64,000 bases of DNA from the NCBI GenBank assembly GCA_028534125.1, contig CM052816.1:89778001-89842000 (forward strand), given 5' to 3'. Each line of letters begins with the position of its first letter. Position 1 is the stretch's first letter. The position numbers and the translations under genes are program-made. Shown here one piece after another: positions 1 to 13,039 of the stretch. The notes under the pieces are model-generated. The model was not told where the DNA came from. It ran no database searches and saw only the letters and a program-made list of their open reading frames with translations. Origin of the DNA: Lama glama (Eukaryota).

Positions 1-269
1 CAGGCCTCTATAGTATTTTCCAAACAAAAGAATATTTGGGTTGTGTTGTCTCTTTTTCAGCGATGCCGAGAAAGTTAGCAGTATAAGACTTAACGGCATG
101 GCCCTAGGTGATTGGCATGTGTGCAGCAGATGTAAGATGAATATTTTTGCAAACTCTATAAAACAAGGCTCTAATGCTGAGTACCTCGCTCAGTGTATCT
201 AATTTGATATTTAGACTTTGGGTCTCAGCTTATGATCTCTGTCTCCTCTTGGTCTTACCACTACTTACT

Positions 270-394
270 TTTTTTTAATTAAAAAAATGTTTTTTAATTT
301 TCATTGAAGTACAGTCAATTACAGTGTGCCAATTTCTGGTGTACAGCACAATGTCCCAGTCATGCATATACAGACATATATTCATTTTCATATT
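270..394 (-). mobile_element. Short 5'-truncated L1 3' end (young artiodactyl/camelid type)
   Basis: T-rich tail followed by ttcattgaagtacagtcaattacagtgtgccaatttctggtgtacagcac...catatatt. The same motif recurs at 50.5 kb and 57.5 kb. Confidence 0.8.
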
Positions 395-694
395 AAGATT
401 CGTTTCTTATTTCAGCACCTATCCAACTTCATCCTGGTTCTCTTCTTAGGCTTCCACTCTTATTTAACCACATATTTTTACTGAATCAATATAAAACCTC
501 CTGTCTTCAAAATTAATTAAATTATTGACATCCCTGTGGAGATGCTTTCCCCTTATATTAATTTTGTTTTGATAATCAAGTAGCTCTTATTTTTCTTAAT
601 GTCTTTTCTTGTCCTCGGAAGTTACATTTCATATTAGTTAGCTATTAAAGTCAGTGTGTATAATTACACATGTAAATTCTAACACATGCCATTA

Positions 695-1127
695 GTGCCC
701 TGCCTTTATAGCCCGGACACTCTTTGCTAATGTGTCTTCTTACTGCAAATACCTGTCCCTCTGCCCAAAGCTTTTCTCTGGGCTGCCTGAGGGTCACACT
801 AAGAATGCCGGGCAGTTAATGCCCCTCGAAGCAGCCCCTACCTATGATAGAATTGAGTTGGTACACAGCATCTCAAGTTTTGCCTCTCTTGGTGGGGTGA
901 CTCCGAGGCATGTCCTGAACCATCCCTTAGATGTCCCCAGCACTGCAGAGCCCAAGATGCACCCAGCAGTCACCCATTCATCAGTATCCCTTGCATTGGC
1001 TTATTTCCTTCACTTCCTGTACCCCTGCTTTACCTTACTAATGCTTTCTGAAATCCTATCCCAGATAAATCACTCACCTTCAAATCCTTGTCTCAGAATC
1101 ATCCCAAAGGAACTCCAACCTTAAACA
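695..1127 (+). mobile_element. Old ERVL LTR (LTR16-like)
   Basis: The 3' end cagataaatcactcaccttcaaatccttgtctcagaatc...ccaaccttaaaca resembles the LTR16 terminus; internal gcagttaatgcccc. Accounts for ORF 732-1124. Start is approximate. Confidence 0.7.
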
Positions 1128-1236
1128 TATCTACATACGTACACAAAGCACTTACACACATATACAAACACACATGTAAATATAAGACATACTCTCCTAA
1201 GGGCTTAAGGTCTGCAGCCTAACTGACATAAAAGAG

Positions 1237-1362
1237 GGCGTTCAAGATATGCAACTACTATATATAAAGCAGATAAAACAACAAATTTCTTCTGTACAGC
1301 ACAAGGAACTGTATTAAATATCTTGCAGTAACCTATAATGAAAAAGAATATGAAAGCAACAA
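1237..1362 (+). mobile_element. L1 3'-region fragment truncated at both ends
   Basis: aactactatatataaagcagataaaacaacaaatttcttctgtacagcacaaggaac...taacctataatgaaaaagaatatg, flanked by aaaagag at 1230-1236 and 1363-1369 (candidate TSD). Confidence 0.75.
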
Positions 1363-2686
1363 AAAAGAGTTAAAAGAAGTGAGTTTTTTCTAATATATAT
1401 AATATATTAATTCTAAACATTCAACTTTGTTGTTTAAACAATCACATACATTTAAGAATTTCTGAGATTCAATGATTAAATTCATTTTGGTTTCAACTAG
1501 AAATCAGATGCTTCAGTTAAGTATTTATACTCATTGTGTGTTTTAAAAGGAAAAATGTCTGCATTTTAGGGCCAAGAGTTTGAGGATTGCAAGTCTGTAC
1601 AGATTTACTATTCTGTGAAAGTCCCTCTCTGCTGAACAGTTATTGTGCAGTGAAAAAGGAATATCAGAAACAAATGCTTTCTCAAAGAAATGGACAGTTC
1701 TTGATTATTTTCTAAGCATTCCATTTGAAAAAGTTATATTTCACTTTGATGTGATGATAATAAATCACTGTAGACAGTGTAAAGTATTAAACGCTTAGAA
1801 AATAAAAGTGCTGTGGATGGTGTCCCGAGTCATCATGTCTTGTGAATACGTATCAAAATATGTCTAGAAAAATCTTGTAGGTAGAGTGTTCATTAAGCAA
1901 CTATTTAGCAATTCATATAAATTAAGTGGTTGGTAATCACTGGAACCCTAATTCCATCTAATTTATCACAACCCTTACTTTTCCTTTTTTCTTAAGATGT
2001 GGTACATGGGAGAGTTAAGCCAGGGAAAGAAATGTATCTAATTCGAGACCTGATACCACATAACAACTTTAATTCCTTCTGTAGAGTCTTCATTGAGCCA
2101 GTACCTTTTGATAGAGAAAAGCATTTGTCACGTCTCTAAAATCCTTGTATTAGCTACTATCTTAAATTCCTAGTATTGGACACAAACAAATTGCCAACCC
2201 AAACTGTTTGTGATCACTTTCTGCTGGTTATGTATCATGTACTAACTAAAGCAGACAGCAGACACATCCCTGGCCTAATTAAATACTGCTAATTAAAATT
2301 TGTGCTCTGAATATTTTTCTGAACTTATTTTCTAAACCCTTTTGCTTTTTATGATTAAATTACCTTTTAGCTTATACAGATGGATCTTTTGAAATTACCT
2401 GCTTTTTTTTAAGCCATGATATTTTAAATCATAATGGAGAGTATTCAGCTAGACTTGGGTGGCATTTGAGCTTATTTCCAAATTATATTCAATTCCTTTA
2501 AGATGGACTTCTGGTTTGCAATAGTAACTATGTAATAACATGCCTTGATGAAGAATTTTCTATCTTTCAACTAAACATCTAGAAAATTGTAACTAAAAGT
2601 TATCTCTCTTAAATACTAACACTTGAGAAAGGCAGTCTATTATTCAACTCTTAGAAAAATATACACTGAGTAAAAAAGTGAATGGA

Positions 2687-2888
2687 CATTGTTGTTTATC
2701 TATTTTGTAAATTGTAGTTTGTATAGCACAGGGAACTATATTCAACAGCTTGTAATAACCTATAATAAACATAATATGAAAAAGAATATATATATGTATA
2801 ACTGAATCACTATCTTGTATACCCGAAACCAGCACCACATTGTAAATCAACTATGCTTCAATTTAAAAAAAGAAAAAGAAGAGAAAAG
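2687..2888 (+). mobile_element. L1 3' end with a 5' inversion (twin priming)
   Basis: 2721-2870 is a sense L1 3' end (gtatagcacagggaactatattcaa...tgtaaatcaactat) with an A tail. 2687-2720 is the adjacent upstream L1 sequence in reverse. TSD aaaagt(g/a)aatgga. Confidence 0.8.
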
Positions 2889-4439
2889 AAAAGTAAATGG
2901 AGAGATGCTGAGTGAAGAAAACGATGGTATACTTGTATTTTGGCTCAGGAATAAGAGTAATCCTGTCTCCGTGAAAGAACAGAAGAGAACATGTGTTTCT
3001 TCCCACTGCCTTCCTCCTTTATCCTAACTAGAACACCCACCGGGAAACCAATCCTCAAAGTCAGAAGAGTTGCATTCAAGGCCACTAGTGAAATATTTAG
3101 AAATGGTCCCTGTATTATAAGTAGCCATAAAACAACAGGTCAGAAAGCATGGAGATGGGAAATACCAGTGGTATGTGGAAACCTGGAAGTTGTAGTCTCT
3201 TCAAGTACCTGGCAGGAATTGGGGACAGATTGGTGTTTGTTTTGATGACAGAGCTAGGAAAAATCTCAAAATTCTGCAACTCATATATCACTTTTTTTAT
3301 ATGATTCACCAGTTCACAGTGACTAAGAACTAGTTAGTGGTGGGAAGTATGAAGGACTTCCCATAGTAGGAAATAAAGATGCTCTAAACATATTGCTCAA
3401 ATTCGTCTATGAGATTTTCATCCTCTTTTTGAGAATGAGTTATATCAGAAGGGAAACTTGTTCCCAACACTTTACAGCATAGATGCAAAGCATTTGCGAG
3501 TAATCACCCACAACTAGCAGATTTGTATGTATTCCAACCTTCTTACAACCTCTCTAAAGGAAAAGTGATTGGCAGTGATAAGAATCAATCATAACTCCAT
3601 TACCCATTTGTAGAAGATTGAATGAGCAGACTTTCTGTGTTATTTAGAACCAGCACTCAGTAGCAAGCTGGCAGAATTTTTACACAGTGATTTCTCAAAA
3701 AACAATGAAAGCATTTCATATTCAATTCATTACAATAGTTTGAAATTCATATATTGGAGAAAGTTACACATGGATCTCACTGGGACTTAGCGGAAAACAA
3801 TAAAGAGTAACACTGATGATTTCTTAGCCCTATTTTTTCTCAAAGAGACTGGGGAAAAGTTATTAAATGTATAATGAATGACAAGATCTCTGGCCCATAA
3901 AAAAAATATTTAACAAGAGGGTTTCTGAAACAACTTTCACCATTTCTTTCTTTACATGTGAATTCACGTTAATATATAAGTGGGATTTAATGCTACATAT
4001 AAGTTTATTTTGTTATAATTTACATAGATAACTTTATAACATCAATATTTTCTGTTATAAGTGATATTTAGGACATAATTTCTAAATCTGGACCAACAGT
4101 CCATCTTATTGATATGCAATAATTAAGATGAACTGTTCTATTGTTGGAAACATGCCTTATTTTTGTAATTACTGCTCTGAATGTTTTTAGATAAAATATG
4201 TTCTTAGCATGAATAACTAAAAGTAGAATTATTGAGATGATAGATGAGAGTACCACAGAGTTTTTTTTAATACATATTGACATATTTCTTCCATGAAGAC
4301 TAAGCAAATGAGAGAGTTTCCATTTCATTTAATTTTCCTCTGAAAGATAATTTGTGCCTTTATCTCCCATAGTCCTGTCTTTCTTTCCTCACTCAACTCT
4401 GTGTTGTATTGACTTAACCAGTCAAATGGTTAATAACAA

Positions 4440-4630
4440 GTGCTTTTAGTGTTTGCTAATTGTCAGACATTGTACTAGGTGTTTTAGATCTATTAATGCA
4501 TTTAAATTGCATTTATACAGATGATGACTGAGACACAAAGATACATAGTAAGTTTCCCAAGGCCCCCCTAACAGATAAATAGCAAAGTTTTGGTGCAAAA
4601 GGAAAGCAACTGGCTCCAGATGTTCTATTT
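4440..4630 (-). mobile_element. MIR SINE (degenerate)
   Basis: ttatacagatgatgactgagacacaaag...agtaagtttcccaagg resembles the MIR core. Confidence 0.6.
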
Positions 4631-5404
4631 GATGACAACACTGCCTGGTTTCTAATTAAAGTCCCAAAACATGAGTGTATTTGTGTTTCGTGGGACGTGA
4701 AGATCACTGCTGGGTAGGGGATTCACATACACATGAGGTTTCATGGTTCTGAGAAGTGTTTCTTGGCATGAGACCTTGAAGGTCTTCCAGACAACCCTGT
4801 TTATGGTGAGCAGAGCAGCACGGTCTGGAAGGAAGCCAGTTACCTGGAGGAGACGTAGCCAGACCTGGAAACAGTCACCCTTACCTGCTGCCCCTGTTGA
4901 TATTAATTACAGAAGTAAACTGGACAATATGCTAATCTCTCATGTGAGCTGCCTACTGGTTTATATATGTCTGGGATTCCAAACAGATAACACCGGTGTA
5001 AAAACCACAAAACCACTAAAGAAAAATATTTAGAAGACTTAGGACACAGAATGTTTAACCTATGTTTTTAAAACATCTTAGGAAGTAAATGCCCCTGTAT
5101 TATATATACCATTTAAGTACGTAGAAAATAATGGATGATGTATAAAATACTTGTCAATTCTTAAGATAATATCATAGTTAGCTAGCAACGTAAGATGAAT
5201 TTAACAAAATGTGTATGAATAGAGTGACAAAGTTTATTTTAGACTCAAAGGAGTATTTGTAGACATTAAGAGACAGCAAACATTTTATTAAACAGTAAGA
5301 CAAAATGAAAAGATGTAAATACTTCTCAAAATACCGTGTAAGTGTACATGATTACATTTTAAGCCCTAATGAGAGGCAAGAAGAGTTGGAGTGATTCTAA
5401 ATTT

Positions 5405-6255
5405 CATTAAAAAAACATAAATTTGTCAAGATGTTCATTCTTCCCAACTTGATCTATAGATTTATTGCAGCTCAAATCAAAAGCCCAGCAAGTTATTTTT
5501 TCAGTATTGATAAACTGTTTATAAAATTTACACATAGAAGCAAAAGATCTTGAATAGCCAACACAATATTTGAAAGAGGAAAACAGAGACAACGGACACT
5601 ATCTAAGTTTAAGACTAGAAAGCTACAGTACTCAAGATAATGTGACAGCACAGACAACTACATCAATGGACCAGAACAGAGCACCCAGAAGTAGACCGGT
5701 GACAAAGGGGCAAAGGCAATGCAATGGAGAAAAGATAGTCTTTTCAACAAATGGCGCTAGAACAACTGAACAAACTGAATCTAGATACCGACATTTTTCA
5801 CAAAAATTAACTCAGAATGAATGAGAGGTCTCAGTGTCAAATGCTAAAGCATAAAACGCCTAGAAGATAACATGGAAGAAATCCGGATGACGTTGGATTT
5901 GGTGATGACTTTTACATTCAGCACCAAAGGCAAGACCCAGGAAAGCAGGAACTGATTAGCTGAATTTTATTAAAATCGCAAGCTCTGCTTAAAGTAAATA
6001 TACTGTCAAGGGAATGAGAAGACCTGCCACAGAGAGGGAGAAAATATCTGCCACAGAGTTACAGATAAAGTATTGTTATTCAAAACCTATAAAGAACTCT
6101 TAAAACTCGACAAGAAGAAAATGAACAATCCAATCAGAAAACGGGCCAAAGGTCTTAACACACCTCACCAAAGAAGACATACAGATGACAGATAAGCCTT
6201 CATAAGTCATTGGGAATTGCAAATTAAAATAAGTTAAAAACGATTCTACACCCCA
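5405..6255 (+). mobile_element. Old L1 (L1M/L1MC-like) ORF2 3' region, decayed
   Basis: ttgtcaagatgttcattcttcccaacttgatctatagatt, gacaaaggggcaaaggcaatgcaatggagaaaagatagtcttttcaacaaatgg and cacctcaccaaagaagacatacagatg are L1 ORF2 C-terminal motifs. Confidence 0.85.
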
Positions 6256-7269
6256 TGCTTATTTTCAAAGTCCACTTGAAACATTAAGTATTCTGGGCTA
6301 AATATTAACTAGTGGCCTACATTGCTTCAGAAACAGCATGAATAGTTTTGAATATAGTGGTGAAAGAATCAAACAAGCCACCAACTTCAAGTAACTAACA
6401 ATATAGAGTCACAGATATTTATTCAGCTGTGATGCATGTTACAAAGTCAAACACAGTCTAACTTTCATTCTTTTCGATATGTTTGTTAATGTGTTGGCTT
6501 GCTCTTGTGATTCCTTACTGAAAGCTTCTAGAATCTATTATTTATCATTGTTATAACAGAATTTTCACAATGGTTTTGAGAAAGAGTCTTTATAACTCAC
6601 TATACTGGGTAATAACTGGGTCCTCTCCGTTTGAAAATTTTGATGTTAGTCTAGGAAATATAAGAGGATTTCAAGTGATGAGTTTCTTCTCTTCAATTTT
6701 TGTGTTCTTCTCTTTCTGTAATACATCTTACACTGTTGTTGAAATGTCAACATTGATTGATTATCTATGGGTCTTATCTTTTCCAAAACTTTTCATCTTT
6801 GTCATTTGATTCTATGTTCTGGAAAATCTACTCACTGTAGCTGCAAAAATTCCATTTTTTTCATATTGTTCTGTTTCTGACAGTTCTATTTTTAATCTGA
6901 GGTTTTTTTTTTCTTATGTCTCTTTTTCTACTACTTCCATTTCCATTGCATTAATTTCTAGCTTGCTTGCTTTCTTCTTTTTTTCTGTTTTTTAACCTAG
7001 TTTTTTTTTTTTAATTATAGTTTTTTCCCAGCTACCTGTTAATCCTTGATAATCTGTTAATTGTTAAGACTGACAAATTCTTGATCTGTTGCCATCACGT
7101 CTATGGCCGTGAACTTTGGGACATCCTCTGGACAAGGGCAGCCTCCCTCTGAATCATTTCAGTGAATATAAAAGCTTTAAAGAAAAATTGATGACGTGTT
7201 TCTCTGATGATAAATTTTGAAGTGCTTTGTGCAAAAATAAATGAGGTGGCGATTGGCCGATTTTGAGTG

Positions 7270-7603
7270 TAGTTCTCAAATGCCTTTCATGTTTCTGCTG
7301 TTTGCCGTGTATCCCTGTCCAGCCACCATGAGAACAGACTCAGGCTGGCCTAGCAGTGAGTAAGGGATCATATGAACAGAGTTTGAGCCTTGCTGAGGCC
7401 TCCTATCCTGGACAGCCACCTACCAAGCCCTGGAAAGTGACCACAGATAAATGAGTGAGACAAGCTGCAACTGTAAGAACCTCCCCTCAACAGCTGGGTC
7501 CACCCCCAAATATCAAAATACAGAATTTTGAACTATATATGGCTGTTGGTTTAAGACACAAAATCTTGAGGAGCTTTGTTTTGCAGCAAGATTTAACTGA
7601 TAC
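7270..7603 (+). mobile_element. MaLR LTR (MLT1 family)
   Basis: Ends ggctgttggtttaagacac...ttgttttgcagcaagatttaactgataca, a typical MLT1 3' terminus. Confidence 0.7.
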
Positions 7604-9119
7604 AGTCGCCCATACACCATCCACACTTCTGTCAATAGGCTCTGGGTAATTAAATCCTTATTAGATGATATTTCAGTGTAAATTCAGTTCCTTCCTTTTT
7701 CCCAATTGGTGTATCGGTGATTGGTAAAATTCTTAAGATAGATCCCAGAAAATGCGAAGGGACCACTGCATCCCTCAACACCATGCATCTCCCTTTACCT
7801 AGGTCATTTGTTTCCTATAACATTTTCTCATTGCTAGTATACATTTTGAGGATAAAATTCTCTGTTCTTCCTTTTTTAATTTTAGGTTCACTACTTATAT
7901 TCTCATTTTGTACATCAGATGATTTTGAATAAATTCTCCAAGTCTAATCAAATTTGTATATATTGAGAGCACTAATTTCCAGAAGGCTTGGTACCATGGA
8001 AGATGCTGGAAAGACTTCATTATCCTCATTAGAATATATCCTCTCTCATCTTTGTGTATTTGCAATGGAATGTGGAGAATTCTAGCAAATTTTATGGCAT
8101 ATCTACTTCAATAGTATTTCGTGTTATTTTTTAATAGGCAACAAGCAGATGATTCATTTTACTACTATTCATGCAACACAGAGAGCAAAAGTGGTGGCAT
8201 TACATTATACATATATGTTTAAAATGCAAATATCAGTAGTGACAGAATGCACATATGAGATGCTTTTAACTAAATCCACTCACTATTATTTATAGATTAA
8301 AAATTGAAGGGAAAGTGTTTTGAAAGACTATTATGTTTATCTTGTATTTAATTTCAAGTGTCCTGCCCAATGGCTAACTCTTGTCTTCATAAAGTCATTT
8401 GAAATCCTTCATAAAATACATTTGGCTATTCAACAGTAGGAATCACACTGACAGAAACTGAGATGCTTATTCAAGAACTGACTCATCAGGATTTATATAT
8501 GCAAAGATTGTATTGACCTCAGAGTCAATGGAACTTTAGGCAGAAATTTTGCCTGAGCAAACACAGCTAAATCAGGACCCAGATGAATTAAGATAGTGCC
8601 TAGCTGCAGTCCAGGTTGGCAGTCTTCCAGAATGAATATGCAAGTTGAAAGCAGTCTGGTTTTAAATGTCAGATTGAACTGCTTGCCGCTGCTGCTCCTG
8701 GGCGATATTAGAAGAAATATACATCTATTGTTAAGGGATGAAGACATTTTCTAACATAGAATATCTTTATCCAGGGATTACATTAAACCCAGTGCTTCAG
8801 TTTTAGCTTGCAGTTTGGGATTGGTGCTGTCACTAAAGGATTTGATTGTTTCTAAAAGGATACAAAATTTAGGCACAGACCTGTGGTTTTCTGAAGAAGT
8901 AAAAAAATAAAAAATAAAGCAGTGTGTATTGTAAGAGTAACCAAAATGCATAGCTGAGAACAACTGAAGGGCTTGAAAATGGACAGAAGAAATGAGTGCA
9001 ATTATTTAAATCTGAACACAAGGTGGCTCTCTGGCATGGGGGTACAACAGCTCAGGAGAGCTAACTTTGATCAAGAAATTAAAATGAGTCATATACATCC
9101 TAAGGGCTTTATTTGCATT

Positions 9120-9275
9120 GATTTATTTAACATTCACATTGACCTTATGAATTAGGTGGTATTAATATCCCCAACTGACAAATAAGGGAACTAAAGTAAG
9201 AAAAATTAAGAAGCTGTCCAAAATTATATAAGTAGTCAGTGTCAGAGTCAGGATCCCAGTTCAGAGCATATGGCT
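9120..9275 (-). mobile_element. MIR SINE (degenerate)
   Basis: ccttatgaattaggtggtattaatatcccca...aaataagggaactaaag...ctgtccaaaattatataagtagt. Confidence 0.6.
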
Positions 9276-10072
9276 ACTGAGCTCATCTCTCAGTGAGTAG
9301 ATGTTTCCTCTCTCAACGCCAAAGTCCATATTTGGCCTTTGATGAATGAGGACAGACCAAGAAATATACTAACTTTACGTCAATGTTCTGAGTATTTAAA
9401 AATATTGTCCAAATTCCATTGCACTAAGAAAAAAATATGGTCTGTGGGAGTAAAATATAAAACATTGGTTCGGAAGCTGTTCCTTCCCTGCTAGGGAAGT
9501 CAGGAGAAAAGACCTTCAAGTGGTATGTTAATGATCTGGACCAGATCTGCCTATACACATGCTAATGGCATTTAACAGTGAAAAGAGGAGTCTCCATTCA
9601 TAAAGATTACTTTACCAGGATAAAGCCAGTATCTTCAGATTGTAAGCAAACATAGCGTTTTATGGATTTACAGGATATGACTGCGTAGAGAATGAGCCAA
9701 AATTTGTCCTAGTGCAGAAAAGGAAAAAAAAAAAAAAGACACAAGTTTGGTAGTTCTCATAGATTTCACACTTCTCAAGGAAAACAATATTTTGTCTGTG
9801 CTTTGAATTTTGAACCATCTTTTAAATCAGTAAGTTTGGAGTTGGGAAACATTTGTGATTCATGTAATCTATCTTAGCAATTCAAACTGTTGTACTAACA
9901 GTTGGCAGCAGAATTGTTTTTTGAACTATGAATTATAGTGAATTATAATGAAGTATGAATTATAGTGTTCAAGACAGGATTCAGTAGGAAAAAAAAGGAA
10001 GGCAGTGGGAGGGGCAATAATTTGATATCTTCATAGGTCTCTATGCAGCTTCTGTATGAAGAGGTGAAAATC

Positions 10073-10665
10073 TGTGTGGGAGCCCATGACTGGGTTAACA
10101 AATTGTAGCAGGTCCCAGACACTTATCTCCTTAAAGAAGCTGTGCTTAGTAACTGCCTTGAGGTTTTAGCAATGACCCAGGCCCCCAGCTATAAACGCTG
10201 GGAGTGCCTGCAGTTAGTCTTCTATCCCCAAAACAGCCTTGGGCTGGAATGGTAAACAACTTACAGAAAGCTGCAGACCCAGAGGTGAGAAGGGGGGCAA
10301 ACTGAGACAGGCACAGTCGCCTGAGTCCAGGATAATCTTGTCAAGCAGCTGATCCTCATACTTTCCACCATGATAAGCTGAAAGGCTCAACACGATTATG
10401 ATTCACCAAAAAGGGTCTTCTGACCTTGAGCCAAACACCAACAATAAACAAAGCCTTTGTTCTCATTGTGATCCCACCCTGTCCTTCTCTAAATTTCGGC
10501 ATTCCTCCTTTGACTGTACTCAGTAAATATGAGAGAGTTGAGAGGCTCGTGGAGTTGGCTCCCGACTCCCTCTCGATCTCTTGACTTTTCCCTGGTCTTG
10601 AGTAATTCATTCCTTCTCGGTGGGACTTCTCCTGGCCAGAACCCACCACTGGTGACGAACTCACA
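10073..10665 (+). mobile_element. Solo ERV LTR (ERV1-type), 593 bp
   Basis: TGTG...CACA termini, perfect 4-bp TSD aatc (10069-10072 / 10666-10669), TATAAA near 10190, AATAAA near 10443. Confidence 0.85.
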
Positions 10666-12058
10666 AATCTGGAAGCAAGTTAAAAGAGAACACATTACCA
10701 ATGTGATTAAAGAAAATGGATTTACATCTTGGGAAATTAGCTAAGTGAATAAACAGAATATCAAGGGAGAGGAAGGTGGGCAAACAATTTTCGGTGGCTG
10801 TTATTAGAGGCTTTGTTGAAATCTAGAAGATTTCAGAAAATAATTATACAAGGAAAATAATTATAACTGATTTCTCTTATAACTGTAAATCCTTCTAATG
10901 TCATCACATTAGGGATAGCAAACGGTCTGTAGGTTTATAGATATAATAGTAAAACACATAATAAAATATTTAATAAGGCTGATTTGAAACTCCTTATGTG
11001 GTTTGATACTAGCTGAAACCAAAATGACCAGAAAGAAAAGTGTATTTAGTCTTAAAAATTTTCGATACTCAATTGAATGCCTTCATTGATATATATAAAT
11101 ATGTTAAATAATTATTGATAATAACAGAAAAAGAAAAATTGAGCTAAGAGGAATATCAAAGTGTTAATGTAGGAATATGGTTGTGATTAATGTGTTTTGC
11201 ACCAGATTTAATCTGGTTGTTGCCCAGGTGTTACTGGCTTATTCTTTTGCAGAGAATGTTGAAAGACAAAAGTTATAAAAGACGTATGAGAAAGATGAGG
11301 TAAGGAAATACTCACTTTGCTCAGGGATTGGACTGGGTCAGCAGTAGTCCTGAAAAACCTTCTCACTGCCGGGGACTCACAGGGAGAGGAAGACCTTAAG
11401 TTTGTCTTGTAAATATGCCTTTTATTCTGAAAATCCATGTGCTTTGAGTCTGAGGAACTTAATTATCATAATATTACAATTATTTACACATTTACAATTT
11501 CTCTGACTTCTGGAAATCATTGCTAGTCTTTCATTAGACATATTTCATTAATCTTCTAAATTTCCATTTTTTCGGTCGGTGTATTCTAACCTTTTACAAA
11601 ATATTTTTAGTTATTTGACACTTGTGCCAAATATAATGACATATTTTCGGAACACCTGCTATTGTATATATTTCACTGCCGAAGAAATATTTTCCATACC
11701 TATTTGCAGTATAATTTGTTTTGCTAATGAAATAACATTCGTTTCTCTGAAGATATGTATAAAGTAACCATGTCAAAAAAATAACGCCTTCACAATCTCA
11801 CATTTAAATTTTAAAATACTTCCTGACCTCTAGTTGCTTCCCAATTGATTCATTAGACCAAATTCTCAAAATATATCTCATTTGAACAATATATTTTTAT
11901 TATGCTATATTCTTTCTAACACTCTAAACACCCCTCTCTTTATAGAAATTTAAGATTCTTATCGTGAAATTAAATAGACACAGATATTCTTTGTGAACTT
12001 ACTTCCCTTTAGTCTGGTATAAAATATTCTTATTGATCAAAATTAATTGAATGTAGTA

Positions 12059-12079
12059 TGTGTGTGTATTGTGTGTGTA

Positions 12080-12113
<34 letters not shown>
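12059..12113. repeat. Compound (TG)n(TA)n microsatellite
   Basis: Seen directly. Confidence 0.95.
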
Positions 12114-13039
12114 GTGTCTATTACTATTGCAACATTTTGGTTGTTTTAAATGTCAGGTACTGATCTGAATCTTAAAAATAAACAATGAATATAAGTTACA
12201 GTTGTGTATATACATAGACCATATTGTCACCAAGAAAGGAAAATAAAAGACAACATGAAATAAAATATACAATCTGTATTACAGAGGTAATTGTGAATGA
12301 TGTATGTGAAAAAAAAAAGTTGGATTAGGGAGATACTTTCTTTATAACTTCCCACAAGTATTCACATACTATTAGTTTTATTCCATATTTCAATAATAAA
12401 AGGAGGGGGGAAATTGTGAGCAAGAGAGAGAGCAGCAGGTTGAAATTTCACTGACTCTCAGGTCTGCTAAGTCATCCTGGTTTGGGTGAAATGGATGCTC
12501 ATCAAGGAGAAAAGACAGTTGCCATAAATCAAATCCTGTCAGGATTAAGTTCTGGATGTCAGATCGTGTTTGTCACACATGGTTACAGGCCAAAACCCAT
12601 GTTGTAGGTTAATGTAAAAAATTCGGTGAAACAGCTAACATACGTCAGGAACTTAGAAATGAACACCCAGCTAAAGCTGAGGCTGCTTGGTTTCCATCTG
12701 AAGCAGACAGGCAAGCATCAGCTCTACACTGAGCGCCTCTTTTGCTGGCTCCTTCTAGGCAGCTCTTTTACTGTTTTCTAGGTACCCGTTCTCTTCGGAC
12801 ACTATTTTGTATGTTGCTCATTGTAGCTGTAGGTGTGTCTTTCAGCAAATACATGTGTAGATCATAAAGTAATGTGTGTGTGTGTATATATATATATATA
12901 TGTTTATACATATGCATTATACTGTACATATAATAAGCACACATACATGTTATATCAAAAATTTTGTTGATTACAGACATTTATGTATATGAATTATACA
13001 TATAATTTATGCATATACACACAACATCATTTTTAAATA

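Noticed and set aside
732..1124. 130-aa ORF
   Set aside because: Lies within an LTR16-like element, starts at GTG and resembles no protein I know.
270..1362. The two L1 pieces as one element split by a ~1 kb inversion (they meet at aatatgaaa)
   Set aside because: Reconstructing the inversion gives no matching TSD, whereas the right-hand piece has its own candidate TSD. Two insertions is simpler.
9926..9967. Short direct repeats (tatgaattatagtg), also at ~10846 and ~53224
   Set aside because: Local slippage duplications of two or three units with no spacer structure; not CRISPR-like.
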